Source: Rhina ancylostomus (Eukaryota). Taken from it: a stretch of DNA of 64,000 bases. The notes under the pieces are model-generated. The model worked only from the letters and a program-made list of their open reading frames with translations. It ran no database searches and was not told the DNA's origin. Where the stretch lies: positions 75,960,747-76,024,746 of the forward strand of contig JARFYF010000112.1 in assembly GCA_030265395.1 (NCBI GenBank). The letters are read 5' to 3'. Shown here one piece after another: positions 36,396 through 49,489 of this stretch (positions within the stretch are counted from its first letter, which is position 1; the number at the start of each line of letters is the position of its first letter). The translations under genes were made by a program, and so were the position numbers.

Positions 36396-37397
36396 AGACA
36401 ACCAAGACCCTGATTAACCCCTCGACTACTGACTCTTCCCTGCGATCATTGATCACAAGCCCCATTCTCAATCCCAGCACCTGGCCCTGATCCCAACCTG
36501 ATTCTCCCTTCTCATCCCCAGCCCAGACCCAAGCCACTCTTACCTGTGACCCTGCTGGAAATGGCACCAGCCACGCACTCATCTGGTTTTGTATGTTATG
36601 GGAGTGTGTAAGGAAAGGCCATGAGTGTGCAATGCCTTGGACCTTCCAAATCTCCCAACAATTGAACATCCATTGGCCCTGCAGACTGATTACTCAATAC
36701 ATTTTTACAGACACCAAACATTTTGGTTTGGCCAGAGATTCAAGTGAAAAAGTAGTGCACATATAACAGCTTGAGCTGCAATAATAATGTGATAACATGC
36801 AAGGCTATGTATGAATTAAAACATAAAACGCAGGAGATACTCAGCGGGTCAGGGTGTATCTGCAGGAAGAGAAACTCAGATTTTCTCAGAAAAGAAATCA
36901 TTGACCTGTAGCTATGTTGCTTCCTCCAGAGGTGCTGCTGACCTGAGGAGATCCAGCAGTTTCTGTCCTTGTTTAGGTGGCTGCTTCTGTAGCATTTTGC
37001 CTTTATATTTTAATTGTCATCTTTACTGGTCACGTTTTGAAGGTTTTCTCAGTTGACAGTCATGTGTTTTCCATTCGATGAGATTTCTGTGAGGATTTGC
37101 TGAGAAGCAGATTTCAAGGACCAAGATGCAGTTGATTGCTGCCCTCCAGTGGACTAGCACTATTATTGCAGACCACAAGCAATATTGGTTCCTTTTCAAA
37201 AGAAAATGAAATATTTCAAGTGCTTTAAACGAGAAAAGGAAGCAAATAAGTTTGAAGAAAATGCACATGGAGTTTATTTATGAATATTCGATAAATCATT
37301 ATGCTTACCAATTTTTGGATTTCTTTTTGTTGTGTGTCAACATAGAACATAGAACTCTACAGCACAGTACAGGCCCTTCGGCCTACAATGTTGTGCT

Positions 37398-37650
37398 TAT
37401 AGCGACTTACCATTAACGAACTCACTCCCGTGATCGCGAGCGTCGTTGGGGGCCCCAATCCAAGATGGCGCGGGGCACTCCTTTTTCATTGGGCTAGGAA
37501 AGCCCGCGCGGGGAAATATCATGTGACCAGCGCGTGACGTCAGCGCGGAAACTGTGAGTATTAAAGTGGCAGCGCACTCCGGTCATTCATTTGACTCTTT
37601 GACTTCAAACAATCGGCTCGTGTCTTTATTCAGTGTAGCTAGCTGCTGCG
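37398..37650 (+). mobile_element. CpG-rich solo LTR (Gypsy-like) inserted in a CR1 tail
   Basis: TGCT duplicated at 37394-37397 and 37651-37654; ends TATAGCG..CTGCG resemble a decayed TGTAG..CTACA. The flanks rejoin to the CR1 tail seen uninterrupted at 48747-48815. Confidence 0.7.
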
Positions 37651-37697
37651 TGCTGACATTTTATCCTGCTCCTGCAGTACTAATTCTGAGTAGTTTG

Positions 37698-38235
37698 GTG
37701 CAGCACAGTGGTGTTGCTAGTTCAGCTGCTGTCTCATAGAGCCAGTAGTCTGGATTCAAAACCGATCTCCAGTTTCCTGTGTGTGGACTTTGCAAATTCT
37801 CCCTGTGATCATGTGGGTTTCCTCTGGGTGCTCNNNNNNNNNNNNNNNNNNNNNNNNNNNNNNNNNNNNNNNNNNNNNNNNNNNNNNNNNNNNNNNNNNN
37901 NNNNNNNNNNNNNNNNNNNNNNNNNNNNNNNNNAGAGCCAGTAGTCTGGATTCAAAACCGATCTCCAGTTTCCTGTGTGTGGACTTCGCAAATTCTCCCT
38001 GTGATCATGTGGGTTTCCTCTGGGTGCTCCAGTTTCCCCCAACATCCAAAAGACGTATAGATTGATAGGTCAATTGACCACTGTAATTTGCCACTAATCT
38101 ATTGGTAAGTGATGGAATCTGGAGGTAATTGATGGGAATGTTGGGAAAATAGGTTATAGGGAGAATTAATGGGGAGAGAGATTGGAATGGATTTGTTCTG
38201 CAATGGATTGAATAGCCTCTTTCTATGTTGTAAGG
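37698..38235 (+). mobile_element. tRNA/V-domain SINE with CR1 tail, partly duplicated across a gap
   Basis: GCAGCACAGTGGTG..GGATTCAAA..GTGGGTTTCCTCTGGGTGCTCCAGTTTCCCCC. Confidence 0.8.
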
Positions 38236-38794
38236 AAACAGAGAGATACTGCTGTTCATCTGCTCTGATGGACAGAGAAGGGTCTGCAGATTTCATCACC
38301 ACATTGGACGTTTAGGTGGCAGGGGTGGGAAGGAGGATATGTGCTTCATATCCAGAGGAAGCAGGAAATTCAGACTGCTGTCAATGTAGCTGGTGGATTG
38401 AAGTGTGCAAAGGAGCTTGCAGGGTCTCACACTGGCTTAGCAACAGCCATGAGATAACATTGCATAAGAGCATTCAGACAAGGCAAGGTGCAAGGAATCT
38501 ACAATGATAAATTGTTTATTTTTACACAGAATATGACATGATGTAATTTATAAATTTTACTTCTGTGTATTTTGTTATGGCATTTGCATTCGCATTGGTG
38601 AATGGTGAATTGGGGATGTGGAGCCTGGAAGGATGAGTGCTTCATGCACAGTGGAAAGATGAGGCCATTGGTCTTCACCTTTCCACTTCCTCGTCTTCCT
38701 TCTCCTGCAACTCCCTATAGCTGCTTGCCAAATCACTGAGAGTTAACAAGCAAGTACAGAAAGCAGTTCGGAAGACAAAAAATATTCATTGCAA

Positions 38795-39710
38795 GAGAAA
38801 AATTTGAGTACAAGAATGCTCCAATTATATAGGGCCTTACTGAGGCTGTATATCATGTTTTGTGTTAGGGAAACTCCTGAAAATGTAAACTCATCAAACT
38901 ATTTATTTACCTTGTCTTATTATAGCACAGAAGAAGGCCATTGCACCCACTGGGTCCATGCCAGCTTCCAGTCAAGCAATCATATTTCTCTCATTACACC
39001 TTTCCTTATCTTCCCTGTACCCTTGCAACATATTTTCTCTCCATCAACTCTCCTTCCTTTATTCATTAACTGAAACTGAAGGGCAAGTTGCGGTTGGAAT
39101 TAACTTAACAGCATGTCTTTGGGATGTGGGAGGAAACCAGACCACCTGGAGGAATCATGAAGACAATATGCAAACTCTGCAAAGACAGTACCTGATGTCA
39201 GGATCGAACCTGGGTCCCTGGAGTTGTGAGGCAGCAACACTAACTGTTGTACTACCACGATGTACACTCTTCCAGTATACCTGAAGGATATATTGTGCTG
39301 GAGGGAATGCTTGATTCACCGGATTGATTCCGGGATGGCAGATTTGTCATATGAGGAGCAATGAAACAGGCAGGGTCTATACTCTCTTGTGTTTGGAAGA
39401 ATGAGAGTGACCTCATTGAAACATAGCAAAATATGGGTAGGGATGAGGTTAATGTTTTCCCTGGCTGGGATCACAGTCACAAAGTAAGGGGTTCGCCACT
39501 CGGGACAGAGATTATTTCTTCATCTGGAGGATGGCGAATCTTTGGATTTTATTACTGAAGAATACTGTGGAAACTTGGTGGATAAGTATATTCAAGCAAA
39601 AATAGATTGATTTTTAGACATTAATGAATCAAGGGGTATGGATTTAATTCAGGAAAATGGATCTTATTGAATGGTAGTGCAGGCCTACTACTTCTCTCTC
39701 TTATGCTGGA
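38795..39710 (+). mobile_element. Degraded CR1 LINE with nested minus-strand SINE at ~38920-39260
   Basis: MLQLYRALLR before, and GGATTGATTCCGGGATGGCAG..GAAGAATGAGAGTGACCTCATTGAAAC after, a reverse SINE (GGATCGAACCTGGGTCCCTGGAG). Confidence 0.7.
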
Positions 39711-41049
39711 AGCAAAGGTTGTGGCTCATGACTGTGAAATGGTGCAGCACTCATTTTGATACAGAACAGAAGGATGGTCTGCTGAAGGACTGCCCAGGTG
39801 GTGGAAGCAATACTGAGGCAAACTCTTGCTGATGGACCCACCCTCAGCCATGTGTTTAAGGCTACATGTTGGCTGGACCATTCAGCTCCACCATGGACTC
39901 ATTAGCATCAAATCAATGATGACATTGTGATCTTCCTCATCTGTATGACTTAAGCAAGTACATGCTAATGCCCTCGTGAATACAGTGGCCAGTGTGATTC
40001 ATGCCACCAATGTGCATGCGCTGAACTCATCATTTTGGAACCAACCATTCTCTCCAGGGCTCAAACAATAATTGTGTAATGAGTGCATTTGCCAAATAAG
40101 TCATAAGTGAAGCCCAGCATTTTCATCAATAAAATATACATTATGCAAAGGAAAGGCTGTAAATTCTGAACGAATGGGTATGCTGTAAATTGCGCAGTAA
40201 TGTTCATAATTCACAGTCTACCAGCTGGCCAGCAATGCCTTCATAGACATTTCTAATTTAATAAGGTCAGCCTCAAAATTGAGCTTGCCTCTCTTGGGAT
40301 TACTTAAATTAGATTATCCACTTTNNNNNNNNNNNNNNNNNNNNNNNNNNNNNNNNNNNNNNNNNNNNNNNNNNNNNNNNNNNNNNNNNNNNNNNNNNNN
40401 NNNNNNNNNNNNNNNNNNNNNNNNNNNNNNNNNNNNNNNNNNNNNNNNNNNNNNNNNNNNNNNNNNNNNNNNNNNNNNNNNNNNNNNNNNNNNNNNNNNN
40501 NNNNNNNNNNNNNNNNNNNNNNNNNNNNNNNNNNNNNNNNNNNNNNNNNNNNNNNNNNNTATTATCATACACTGGGTTTTTGATATGAAGGATAATGTCG
40601 GTCTACTGTTTATGATATGAAGAAGAAAGCCTGGAATGAGGAAGTACTACAGCCCATCAAACCTACTCGTTCCACAGTCCATGTCTAACTATACCATTGT
40701 GCCTGAGATAATATTTAATGCAAATGTGTAACAACTTTTGATCAATATTTCAGTCCATGAGCTTCATGTTGTTAGGAAATTTCATAATGGCACTGTATCC
40801 TAAAGTTGCCTTACTTAGACCACTCTGTGGTTTAGGTTTCACAATAGCTGCTGCTAAGCTTGCACTTTGCAGTCTGCAGTGTGTGTGTGATAATATGCAC
40901 AGTGGGGCAAAACAAAAAGGAAGAAAGTATTGAATTTAAACAGCATCTTTCACAACCTCAAGACATTCCACTACAGGAAATAGAATGTAGGATGGAGGGG
41001 TTTGTGCAGGTGATGGAGGTGAATTTGGGAGATGTTATAAAGTAAAACA

Positions 41050-41250
41050 TTGCTGGAGTTCTCCTTGTTGATGGCACACACTGCAGCCATGGTGCACTGG
41101 TGCTAGGAGGAGCATGCAATGGAGTGAACTGGCTTCTAATCAACCCCTCTGCTTCGTCTTGGCAGGCATTAAGTTCTTTGTGTGCTGTGGCTGCTGTACA
41201 CACCCAAGCAAGCGAAGAATATTTCATCATATTCATGGCACGTCTTGTAG
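41050..41250 (-). mobile_element. Non-LTR retrotransposon ORF2 C-terminal relic (CR1/L2 superclade)
   Basis: MMKYSSLAWVCTAATAHKELNACQDEAEGLI resembles the MEYxxxxW..LDxIQxKAxRLI block. Confidence 0.6.
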
Positions 41251-44179
41251 GTGTTGTAAACTTGGCTTCATTTTAAACCTTTCATGGAGTTTGATGCCCC
41301 AGGGCACCTCACAAGCATATTATGAACAAAATTTGACACAAAACCAATTAAGGTGGTATTTGATGACAAAAGGAAGTTTTAAGGAATGCCTTAAAGAGGA
41401 GTATGAGAGGGCTAGAGCTTGAAGGAGAGAATTCTAGAGAGGGAATATACAGGTGAGGCAATCCCACCTCATGATGTTTTGGATGGACTGGGGATTTACA
41501 GACCTTTTTATTTCATTCTATGAAACATTTGTTGAATTAAACCATGGAATGTTTTGCCTTAATTTGCTGCTTATGTTAATTGTTATTCCCAACAATGTTA
41601 AACTGTAGGTCGTTACTGAAGCAAGGTTTAAACAAATGTGAAAATTCAGGAAATGCATGGTTTTGCTGTAAAGTTTAATAATGCCTACTTAAGTATTTAT
41701 GTTATGCAAGCACACTTTGCACTTAACTTTTGTTAAGGAACAAAATTCTTTAATTAAGTCTTTTTGAGTCCTGGACTTAAGTTTTTATATGAAGTTTCAG
41801 ACACAGGAAATAGACTTTTAAGTGTAACTAGACAAACCAATCAACTCAAGCTTCTCTGCTTGGTGTGGAATGGACAGGGGATGATTGGGGCTGAAGAACA
41901 GTGCATGATTTTCATATGGCATTCCTTTGCTGCTTTATTTACTGGGTAAAAACATCCACTAAAATAACAGACAAGATGAATGTTACGTGAAAAGACAGTC
42001 ATTCATCCACAAGTATTGCAGACAGTATTTCTTCTGTCTTTGCAACAGATGATTATTTCTTTAATGTATTTATACTACTTCGATGACCCACCCTTTTGTG
42101 ACAACTTTATTTAGATGAGGAAGTTCTAAAAGGTTTCCTTCCTAACTGAATTTTTCTTTAACTTTTAGCCATTTTTTTTAGAACGTTATAAAGTGTTTCA
42201 TATTTCACATCTATAAATGTTGAACAACCCAACCCCTGACTATCATTAACTTTCTATCAGATTCAGGCATCAGAGACTTGCGGATGTCTAGTGCAGACAT
42301 GAATAAAAACATTTCTATGCCTTTATCAGCTAATAAAGATTGCAGTTTGCAACACACCCAAAACGCACTGAACAGAAATGGTCCCTAGACTGCTCAGTAA
42401 ACACTGTTGGGTTTCTGACTACTGTCAGATCCTTTAATGTAGTCACCAGGGAATGTGACTGCAGTGCTCAAGGATACTAAAAGGGAAATTGTAACACTGT
42501 CTAATTTGAGCGTTGTTCTTGTATATGATCAGTTTTGTTCACGTTCAAGGAGTAGATTACGGCTGCTGAAAAGCTTCAAGGCAAAAAAGATTGGTGTCAA
42601 CTGATCTTATTTAAATAATGTTTACCTTTCCTTTATAATGTGAAATAAAGAAGTAGAAGAATAAACCAAATAGTGTAAAGGCCAAGCTGGATTGTTGACC
42701 ATGGAAGATGATGAACTCATAGTTTTATTGGATAGGGTTTTAGTGCATCTCCATTGTGAGTGCACAATTAATTGCGAGAATGCAACCAACAATAATTCAA
42801 AGAAGCATTGCCTTTGGTGGACTTGGGACCAGAGGAATAGTGGGCCACTTAATGTAGTTGAAAGGAATCCCAAGTCATTCTTGTGGCAGGAACCCATCAG
42901 TGTGGCAGCTTGTAGCCTCTGAAAGGAGAGGTACATTTCTCAATAGTGGTTAGTGATTTTCCTGAAGAAGTAGTAAGCGTGGCATTATCAGGGATTCCCA
43001 GATTCTTTGAGAAAGGAGTGAGGGCCCACCAACTATGAGATCAGCAAGAAATTGGTTCTATTCCCCTTTGATGGGAACTCAGACAAATGAATTAATATCA
43101 ATGGAACATATCAATGTTTCCAGAATTGTTGCCCAGGGTCTGGTTGCGGTAGAAGAAGGAATTAAGTGACCTCACTATAATTGCCAAGCTAAGTCTACCT
43201 TCCACATTTCTCCTACCTCTCCTCAGCCCTGTACCATTGTCCTTTAGCTTCACCACCATAAAATGCTACTGCTTTCTATGCCTCTTCCCCATTTGCTGTG
43301 GAATTCTTCACTATATCCACCTTTTGGATACACCCCTAATTGTGAAATCTGATAATTAAATCACTGATATTAATTTTTGAATCCAAAGCAACAAAAGTAG
43401 AATTTAACCAGGTCATTCCATTGCAAATATGTTAGGAGATATCAAGAAACTATGTGTACCACCATAAACTGGCCTCTGAACATCCTCTCAAATGCAAAAA
43501 CTAAACAAAGAAAATGCCTGATGCACTCAATCTCATACAAAGAGATTTTACTGTGCAGACATGTATTTCAGCAGGTGTGTCTTTTCATCATTATACTTCC
43601 TTCTGGTGCCTCACTGTGCAGCTCTCCGACTTATCTTGGTGCTACAAGATTTTATCAGACATCCCGTGACATCATAAGCACCAGTGATCATTCTAGCATG
43701 AAGAACTTCCTGATATTACTTCTAAATTTTCCTTTAACATGTTTGAAGTTTTGAATTTTTGGCTACTGACCCAATTTAATTTGAAACAATGTAAGGAATC
43801 CCTATTCAATTTAATTCACTATTGTGTAAGCTTATTTTTCGGTTCCCTCATTGCTGTAAAGTCCATGTTATCTTCTAGGTATCAGTGCACAGTAACTGGC
43901 TTGTTTGCACTGTAAACCTTAATAACAGTGACTTGATATATAGCTTTTAACAGAATGAACTGTTACAAAATGCATCCAGGTGTGTAATGATAAATAAGTC
44001 AAGATACCTGTTTAAACAAGCATCTTATAAGCAACATATTATTGCTGACACAGTCTAATCTGCTGGGCATTTCCTACAGCTCAGAGGTGCATTTCACACC
44101 TTTTACATCCTTTGCTTTCTCTCTCTCTTACTATCGTTATTAATCTATCAATTGGATGGTTTCAGCAATGGTTCATCAC

Positions 44180-44400
44180 CATGACAACCCAGGCCCCAAC
44201 CCATCAGAGTTCCCTTTGTTCCATCGATCCTCCCCCTCTCCCTCTCTGCAACCTGGAACTTGTTCTCTCTTTTCCCAAGTTCTGATGAAGGTCTTTGAAC
44301 TGAAATGTTTAACTCTTTTTCTCCCTCTACTGATGCTGGCTGATGTGGTGGGTGTTTACATTTTCTATTTTTATTTCAGATTTCCAGAATTTACAGTTCT
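44180..44400 (+). mobile_element. Penelope-related repeat with the best preserved hammerhead-like motif
   Basis: AGTT-CTGATGA-AGGTCTTTGAACT-GAAA-TGTTT-AACT (44278-44314). Confidence 0.7.
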
Positions 44401-45979
44401 TTATTGATTTTGACCTAATTGTAACAGTTAATTCATTAGCCATAGAACCCATCAAAGTGCACCGAGCATTTGAAAGGTGTTATTCTATTTTTCAGCCAGG
44501 AACAAGAACCTAATTTTTCACCTCCCTGCTGGCTAAAGTGACATTCATTGCAACCTACTTGTTGTGAGAAGTTGGGAGAGATCAACAGTAAATCTATACA
44601 CACAGTTCCTAAAATCTCATGCATTGTTTAATGTTTTTAACATCATGGATTTATAGTCCAGATAGTTCAATTGTGGTTTTTAAATCATACCCCGTAGTTT
44701 AGTCCTCATGTGAGTTTTGTGCGCAGAAGGTTAGGTGGGGAGGTAGCCTTCTCTATAGGCCCAGGGTTGCCATGGTGATGAACTATTGCTGAAAGCATCC
44801 AGTTGATAGATTAATAAGGATAGTGAGAGAAAGCAAACAAAGGATGCAAAAGGTGTGAAATGCAGCTCTGAGCTGTAGGAAATGCCCAGCAGATTAGACT
44901 GCGTAAGCAATGATAATGTTGCTTACAAGGTTAGGTAGCCTTCTCTCTAGGTCCTTTATGTGGGTTCTCACTTAAGATTGTCTCACAGCATGTTCTCCTG
45001 GACCTTGTCATGTGTTAGGAAGACATTTCTTCCTGGAGAGTTACATTGCAATGGTTTGATAAAACTGTGTGACTTGCAAGGCTACTTCAGAGGGCAGTTA
45101 GGAGCTGATTACACGATGCGGAACCAAGTCATAAATAAGTCAGATCAGCGGAGAATATGAGGATTTCTTCTTTAAAAGATTTTAACCATTGCAATTACTC
45201 ATTCAACTGATAAATACAAATTCATCATAAATCAGGAGTCAAACATCTTTGGGAATATGCTTCTATGTACATGGAAATATCTCCAAAACATTGAATTTTA
45301 CGTGTGCTTGCTTTTTATGAACTTCAAGTGGGCGTGGCACTGGTAATTATGCCTCTTCTTGGTAACAAATGTGATCCATTAGCTAAATATAATAAAGATG
45401 GAAAATCTAAGTTTATAGTTGGATATATTTTGCTCTGTTTTCCATGATTGGCAGGGTAGTTACATTAATTTCAGTTGGGGGTTTTGTGGAAAATCTCTCT
45501 CATTTATTTGGATGCAGTCAACTTCATTTATGCGATAGGAATAATTAAAGGTTGAGAGAGAAATAGTCCACTCAAGAACATTAAGTGTTGGATAGGCACA
45601 TCCCAATTCATACTTGGATGCAGCTTCCACAATTTAAAGCAGCCACGATTTTGCACACTTCTTTCCTTCAAGGCCTCNNNNNNNNNNNNNNNNNNNNCAA
45701 CTCTGTGGCACTGTAATTACTACAACTAACGACACTGCAGAACTTCAGCTTTGCTTCTAGCAAATGTGGCTGTTTGCTTCCTGATTTGCTACAACTTTTA
45801 CTTTTACTCATTAACTCTGAATAATAATGTGAAATCAAAAGCTATCTTTTTTGTATTAAACTTTGCACTTGAGGAACATATTCCATTAAATGCTTCCATT
45901 GCAGTTTTTGTTATAAGGCAAAATATTTACAGCTTCTGTAAACCTAAATAGATTTAATCCCTTTTTGTTTATTAATCTT

Positions 45980-46210
45980 TCCTGCCTTCCATCTTCTAAC
46001 AGACCTCTTCTTCTCTGCTCACATCCCCACTTCGTCTGCATTGTGAAATCTGTTTAACATTTCCTGGTTCTGATGAAGGGTCATTGATTTCAAATATTAA
46101 CATTGTTTCTTTTCTTAATAATACTGCCGGACCTTTTGAGTATTTCTACAATTGGACTTGTTGAGCATTTTCAGTGTTTTAATTTTATTTCATATGTGCA
46201 ACATCAGCAG
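45980..46210 (+). mobile_element. Penelope-related repeat
   Basis: GGTT-CTGATGA-AGGGTCATTGATTT-CAAA-TATT-AAC. Confidence 0.6.
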
Positions 46211-46533
46211 TGTCTGTCTCTTGTGTAGTCTCTGGGCAGCATTATGTGGAGTTTTCAATATTGTATGTAAGACTGGAGTTCTGGGGATGTTTTTTAAAAA
46301 AGTGACCTATATTTAATGTTGTAATCTCTTCACAAATGTATCGAGAGACATCATTTGTGTGGTTTAGTTTGCAAAGCAGAACACAAACTATTGACACATT
46401 GAGTCTTTAACTTGCTGGTGCTGACTGCGCCTCTCATGATGTCATTATATGTTGCAAAATAGGTGTACCATGTGACTTTCATATCCAATAGAATCACAAA
46501 ATAAATGGACACCTATAGTGACACTTAATCGGT

Positions 46534-46537
<4 letters not shown>

Positions 46538-46595
<58 letters not shown>
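46538..46595. repeat. (TG)29 microsatellite
   Basis: Perfect dinucleotide run. Confidence 0.98.
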
Positions 46596-46597
<2 letters not shown>

Positions 46598-48746
46598 ATA
46601 GTGAATATCACATTTCATTTTAAAGATACATTAAAACCTCTCTTTGTTTTAATATAACTTGGCTGTTAAAATTGTTTGCAGCATTTCCTCTGCTTATTGC
46701 CAAAGAGCGTGGGTGTGGGACAGACATGGACCTATCCCTTGCTGCAGCAGTATATGACAGCCATAGCACAGAGCAATGGCCTGTGGAAGTGCTAACTTTC
46801 CTCAGCAGGACATTGGAATCCTGCACCTCTTGGAAGAAAATCCATAAGACCCGTGGGAGCTGGATGGCCTGCAAATTAATGAGAGACGAAGCATTAATAA
46901 ACTTGGTCACAGCTGAATTCTCCCTGCTGGCCTGCAAAGGGAAAATTATAATTGAATAGATATCAAATCTGGAGCTTAGTGGAAGGTAGAGAGCGATTTG
47001 AAGGCGTTTCTGAATACAGATTTGAATGCCTAGCATAGCGGCAGAATGAAATCACTGCCAGAGCCAGTACCATCTAAATCATTCAAGACCTATTAATCTC
47101 TGGCCTCCAGTATGACTCTGTTGGATTGTTGTGTATGATAAGGTTAGCAATATGATTAAGAAATTTCTTTTGTTCAAACAACTAGAAAAATACTAGACAA
47201 CTAAATATTTAACTATGTCAACTAAATATTTAACCTGTCATTCAAAAAATGTAAAGCAAGTTGAAATTACTATGGTTATTCCTCCAGGCTTTCTGGTGTA
47301 TTCCACTGATTTCCCATTCCGTAACAAGTCATCAGGAAAGAGGTGACAAGCAAAACTCTTTCCTGGTGGTGATCCAGTTTGTGGGATACCCCAAGCATAT
47401 ACTTATTTGACAGTAATAGCAGGGTAAATATCACATTGCATGTTAACTTATGGGTAAGAAGTTGTAAAGCCAATTTTAAAAAAAAACAATAATTTGTGGA
47501 TTTTTCTGCTGTATTGATAAGAAAACTGAAAGGTAGGGGCCTAGAAATTTGACTGCAAAAACCTGTTTTGTTTTTCAGATGTATGAGATTGAAAATTGAT
47601 TCTTCCTGGAAAACAGCTATTTCTGAGTCATTTCAGAGTTGGGGTCTTCTGAAAATAAAACATCCTCGTGCCTGAAACAATTTCCACATCAATTTCGCAG
47701 AGGATGATATCATTCACTATGCAAGGAGTATTCAGAACACTGCAGGAGAACTATCATAAGTTATCCTGGGAGCAACCATCACTGGGCACTCCTGGGACAA
47801 TTGTGTCATCATTCTCAGCACCAAATTCATACTTTGAACTTTACACCACCCCTTCCCCCTCCTCCCCAATGTGGCATTGTTCAATTGTTCTGCACATCCA
47901 CTCCATATCCAGCACAACCCCTGATCTTGACTCTGACCCTGTGAGGCCTCTCAGTGCCTGAGGTCCATCTGAAGCTCTGATCCTTAGGTTCTAGGGCCCC
48001 TCTGACCATCCATGGTATAGTCTGGATGCACCGCCAGAGCTTCCATCCATTAANNNNNNNNNNNNNNNNNNNNNNNNNNNNNNNNNNNNNNNNNNNNNNN
48101 NNNNNNNNNNNNNNNNNNNNNNNNNNNNNNNNNNNNNNNNNNNNNNNNNNNNNNNNNNNNNNNNNNNNNNNNNNNNNNNNNNNNNNNNNNNNNNNNNNNN
48201 NNNNNNNNNNNNNNNNNNNNNNNNNNNNNNNNNNNNNNNNNNNNNNNNNNNNNNNNNNNNNNNNNNNNNNNNNNNNNNNNNNNNNNNNNNNNNNNNNNNN
48301 NNNNNNNNNNNNNNNNNNNNNNNNNNNNNNNNNNNNNNNNNNNNNNNNNNNNNNNNNNNNNNNNNNNNNNNNNNNNTCCCTACAACCTATTCTCTCTCAC
48401 ATCCCCATCAACTTTCCCTGATTCTCTTTCCATCATCCTACATAAAGCCAGTTACAGCAGCCAATTAACCTGCCAACCAGAAAGACTTTGGGATGGAGGG
48501 ATTCGAAAGGAAACTGGAGTACCCGGGGGAAACCCAAGCAGACACAGGATGTACAATTTAGATTTCAATTTTTAAGGATAATTTATAATTGAAGCTTCCA
48601 TTATGTTATTTAATCCCACTTTGTAATTGCTTACATCACAGTTTATAATAACTTCAATAGGCGTTTCTCCATTATACCTTTTAATCCTGCTACCATATAT
48701 TTTGAAATCATATTGCTATACTTTTGAGTCATCAAAACTCATTTAC

Positions 48747-49110
48747 ATAGAACATTACAGCACAGTACAGGCCCTTTGGCCCATAAATGTTGTGCCGAGA
48801 TTTTATCCTGCTCTTAGATCTATCTAACCCTTCCCTCCCACATAGCTCCCCATTTTTCTAACATTTGTGTGTCTGTCTAAGAGTCTCTTAAATGTCCCTA
48901 ATGTATCTGCCCCCACAACCTCTGCAGGCAGTGCATCCCACACACCCACTACTCTCTGTGTCAAAAACTTACCCCTGATATCCCCTTTACAGTATACCTT
49001 CGTCCAATTGCTTTAAAATTATGCCCCCTTGTGTTAGTCATTGTTGCCCTGGGAAAAAGTCTCTGACTGTCCACTTGACCTATGCTTCTTATCATCTTGT
49101 ACATCTGTAT
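48747..49110 (-). mobile_element. CR1 LINE 3' end
   Basis: CATAGAACATTACAGCACAGTACAGGCCCTTTGGCCC tail and minus-strand VDSQRLFP..TRGHNFK. Confidence 0.85.
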
Positions 49111-49152
49111 CATTTGATGTACGTACTTTTCTGTAGATGAGCGGGCTTTTTC

Positions 49153-49489
49153 TGTCATGTTTCTGAGTACTGGCCCTCGATTTGGCTCCTTAGATGCCTT
49201 GTTGTACAGCACATGGATTCCATGTTGGACTGATTGTATAATGACACACACCTGAGCCCCATCAGGGGCNNNNNNNNNNNNNNNNNNNNNNNNNNNNNNN
49301 NNNNNNNNNNNNNNNNNNNNNNNNNNNNNNNNNNNNNNNNNNNNNNNNNNNNNNNNNNNNNNNNNNNNNCAAGATTCCTTCCAGTTGCTGCCCGTGTTTG
49401 GTCCTGACGAAGTATCCTGACTCCAGTCTTGTACCAGTGTGCTGCACTTGGGTTCTCTGTGAACATGCTCTTTGCTCAACATTGTGACA
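49153..49489 (+). mobile_element. Solo LTR, family A (internal gap)
   Basis: TGTCA...TGACA termini; flanks TTTTC and TTTTT; 5' ~110 nt repeated at 50548 and, inverted, at 30520. Confidence 0.75.

Noticed and set aside
37738-38030. Tandem duplication or CRISPR-like direct repeat
   Set aside because: Near-identical sequence on both sides of an N gap inside a SINE; contig overlap artefact in eukaryotic DNA.
46513-46529. Resemblance of CTATAGTGACACTTAAT to a reverse SP6 promoter (vector contamination)
   Set aside because: Several mismatches and no adjacent vector or polylinker sequence.
47198-47236. Short tandem duplication CAACTAAATATTTAAC
   Set aside because: Ordinary two-copy slippage duplication with no functional hint.
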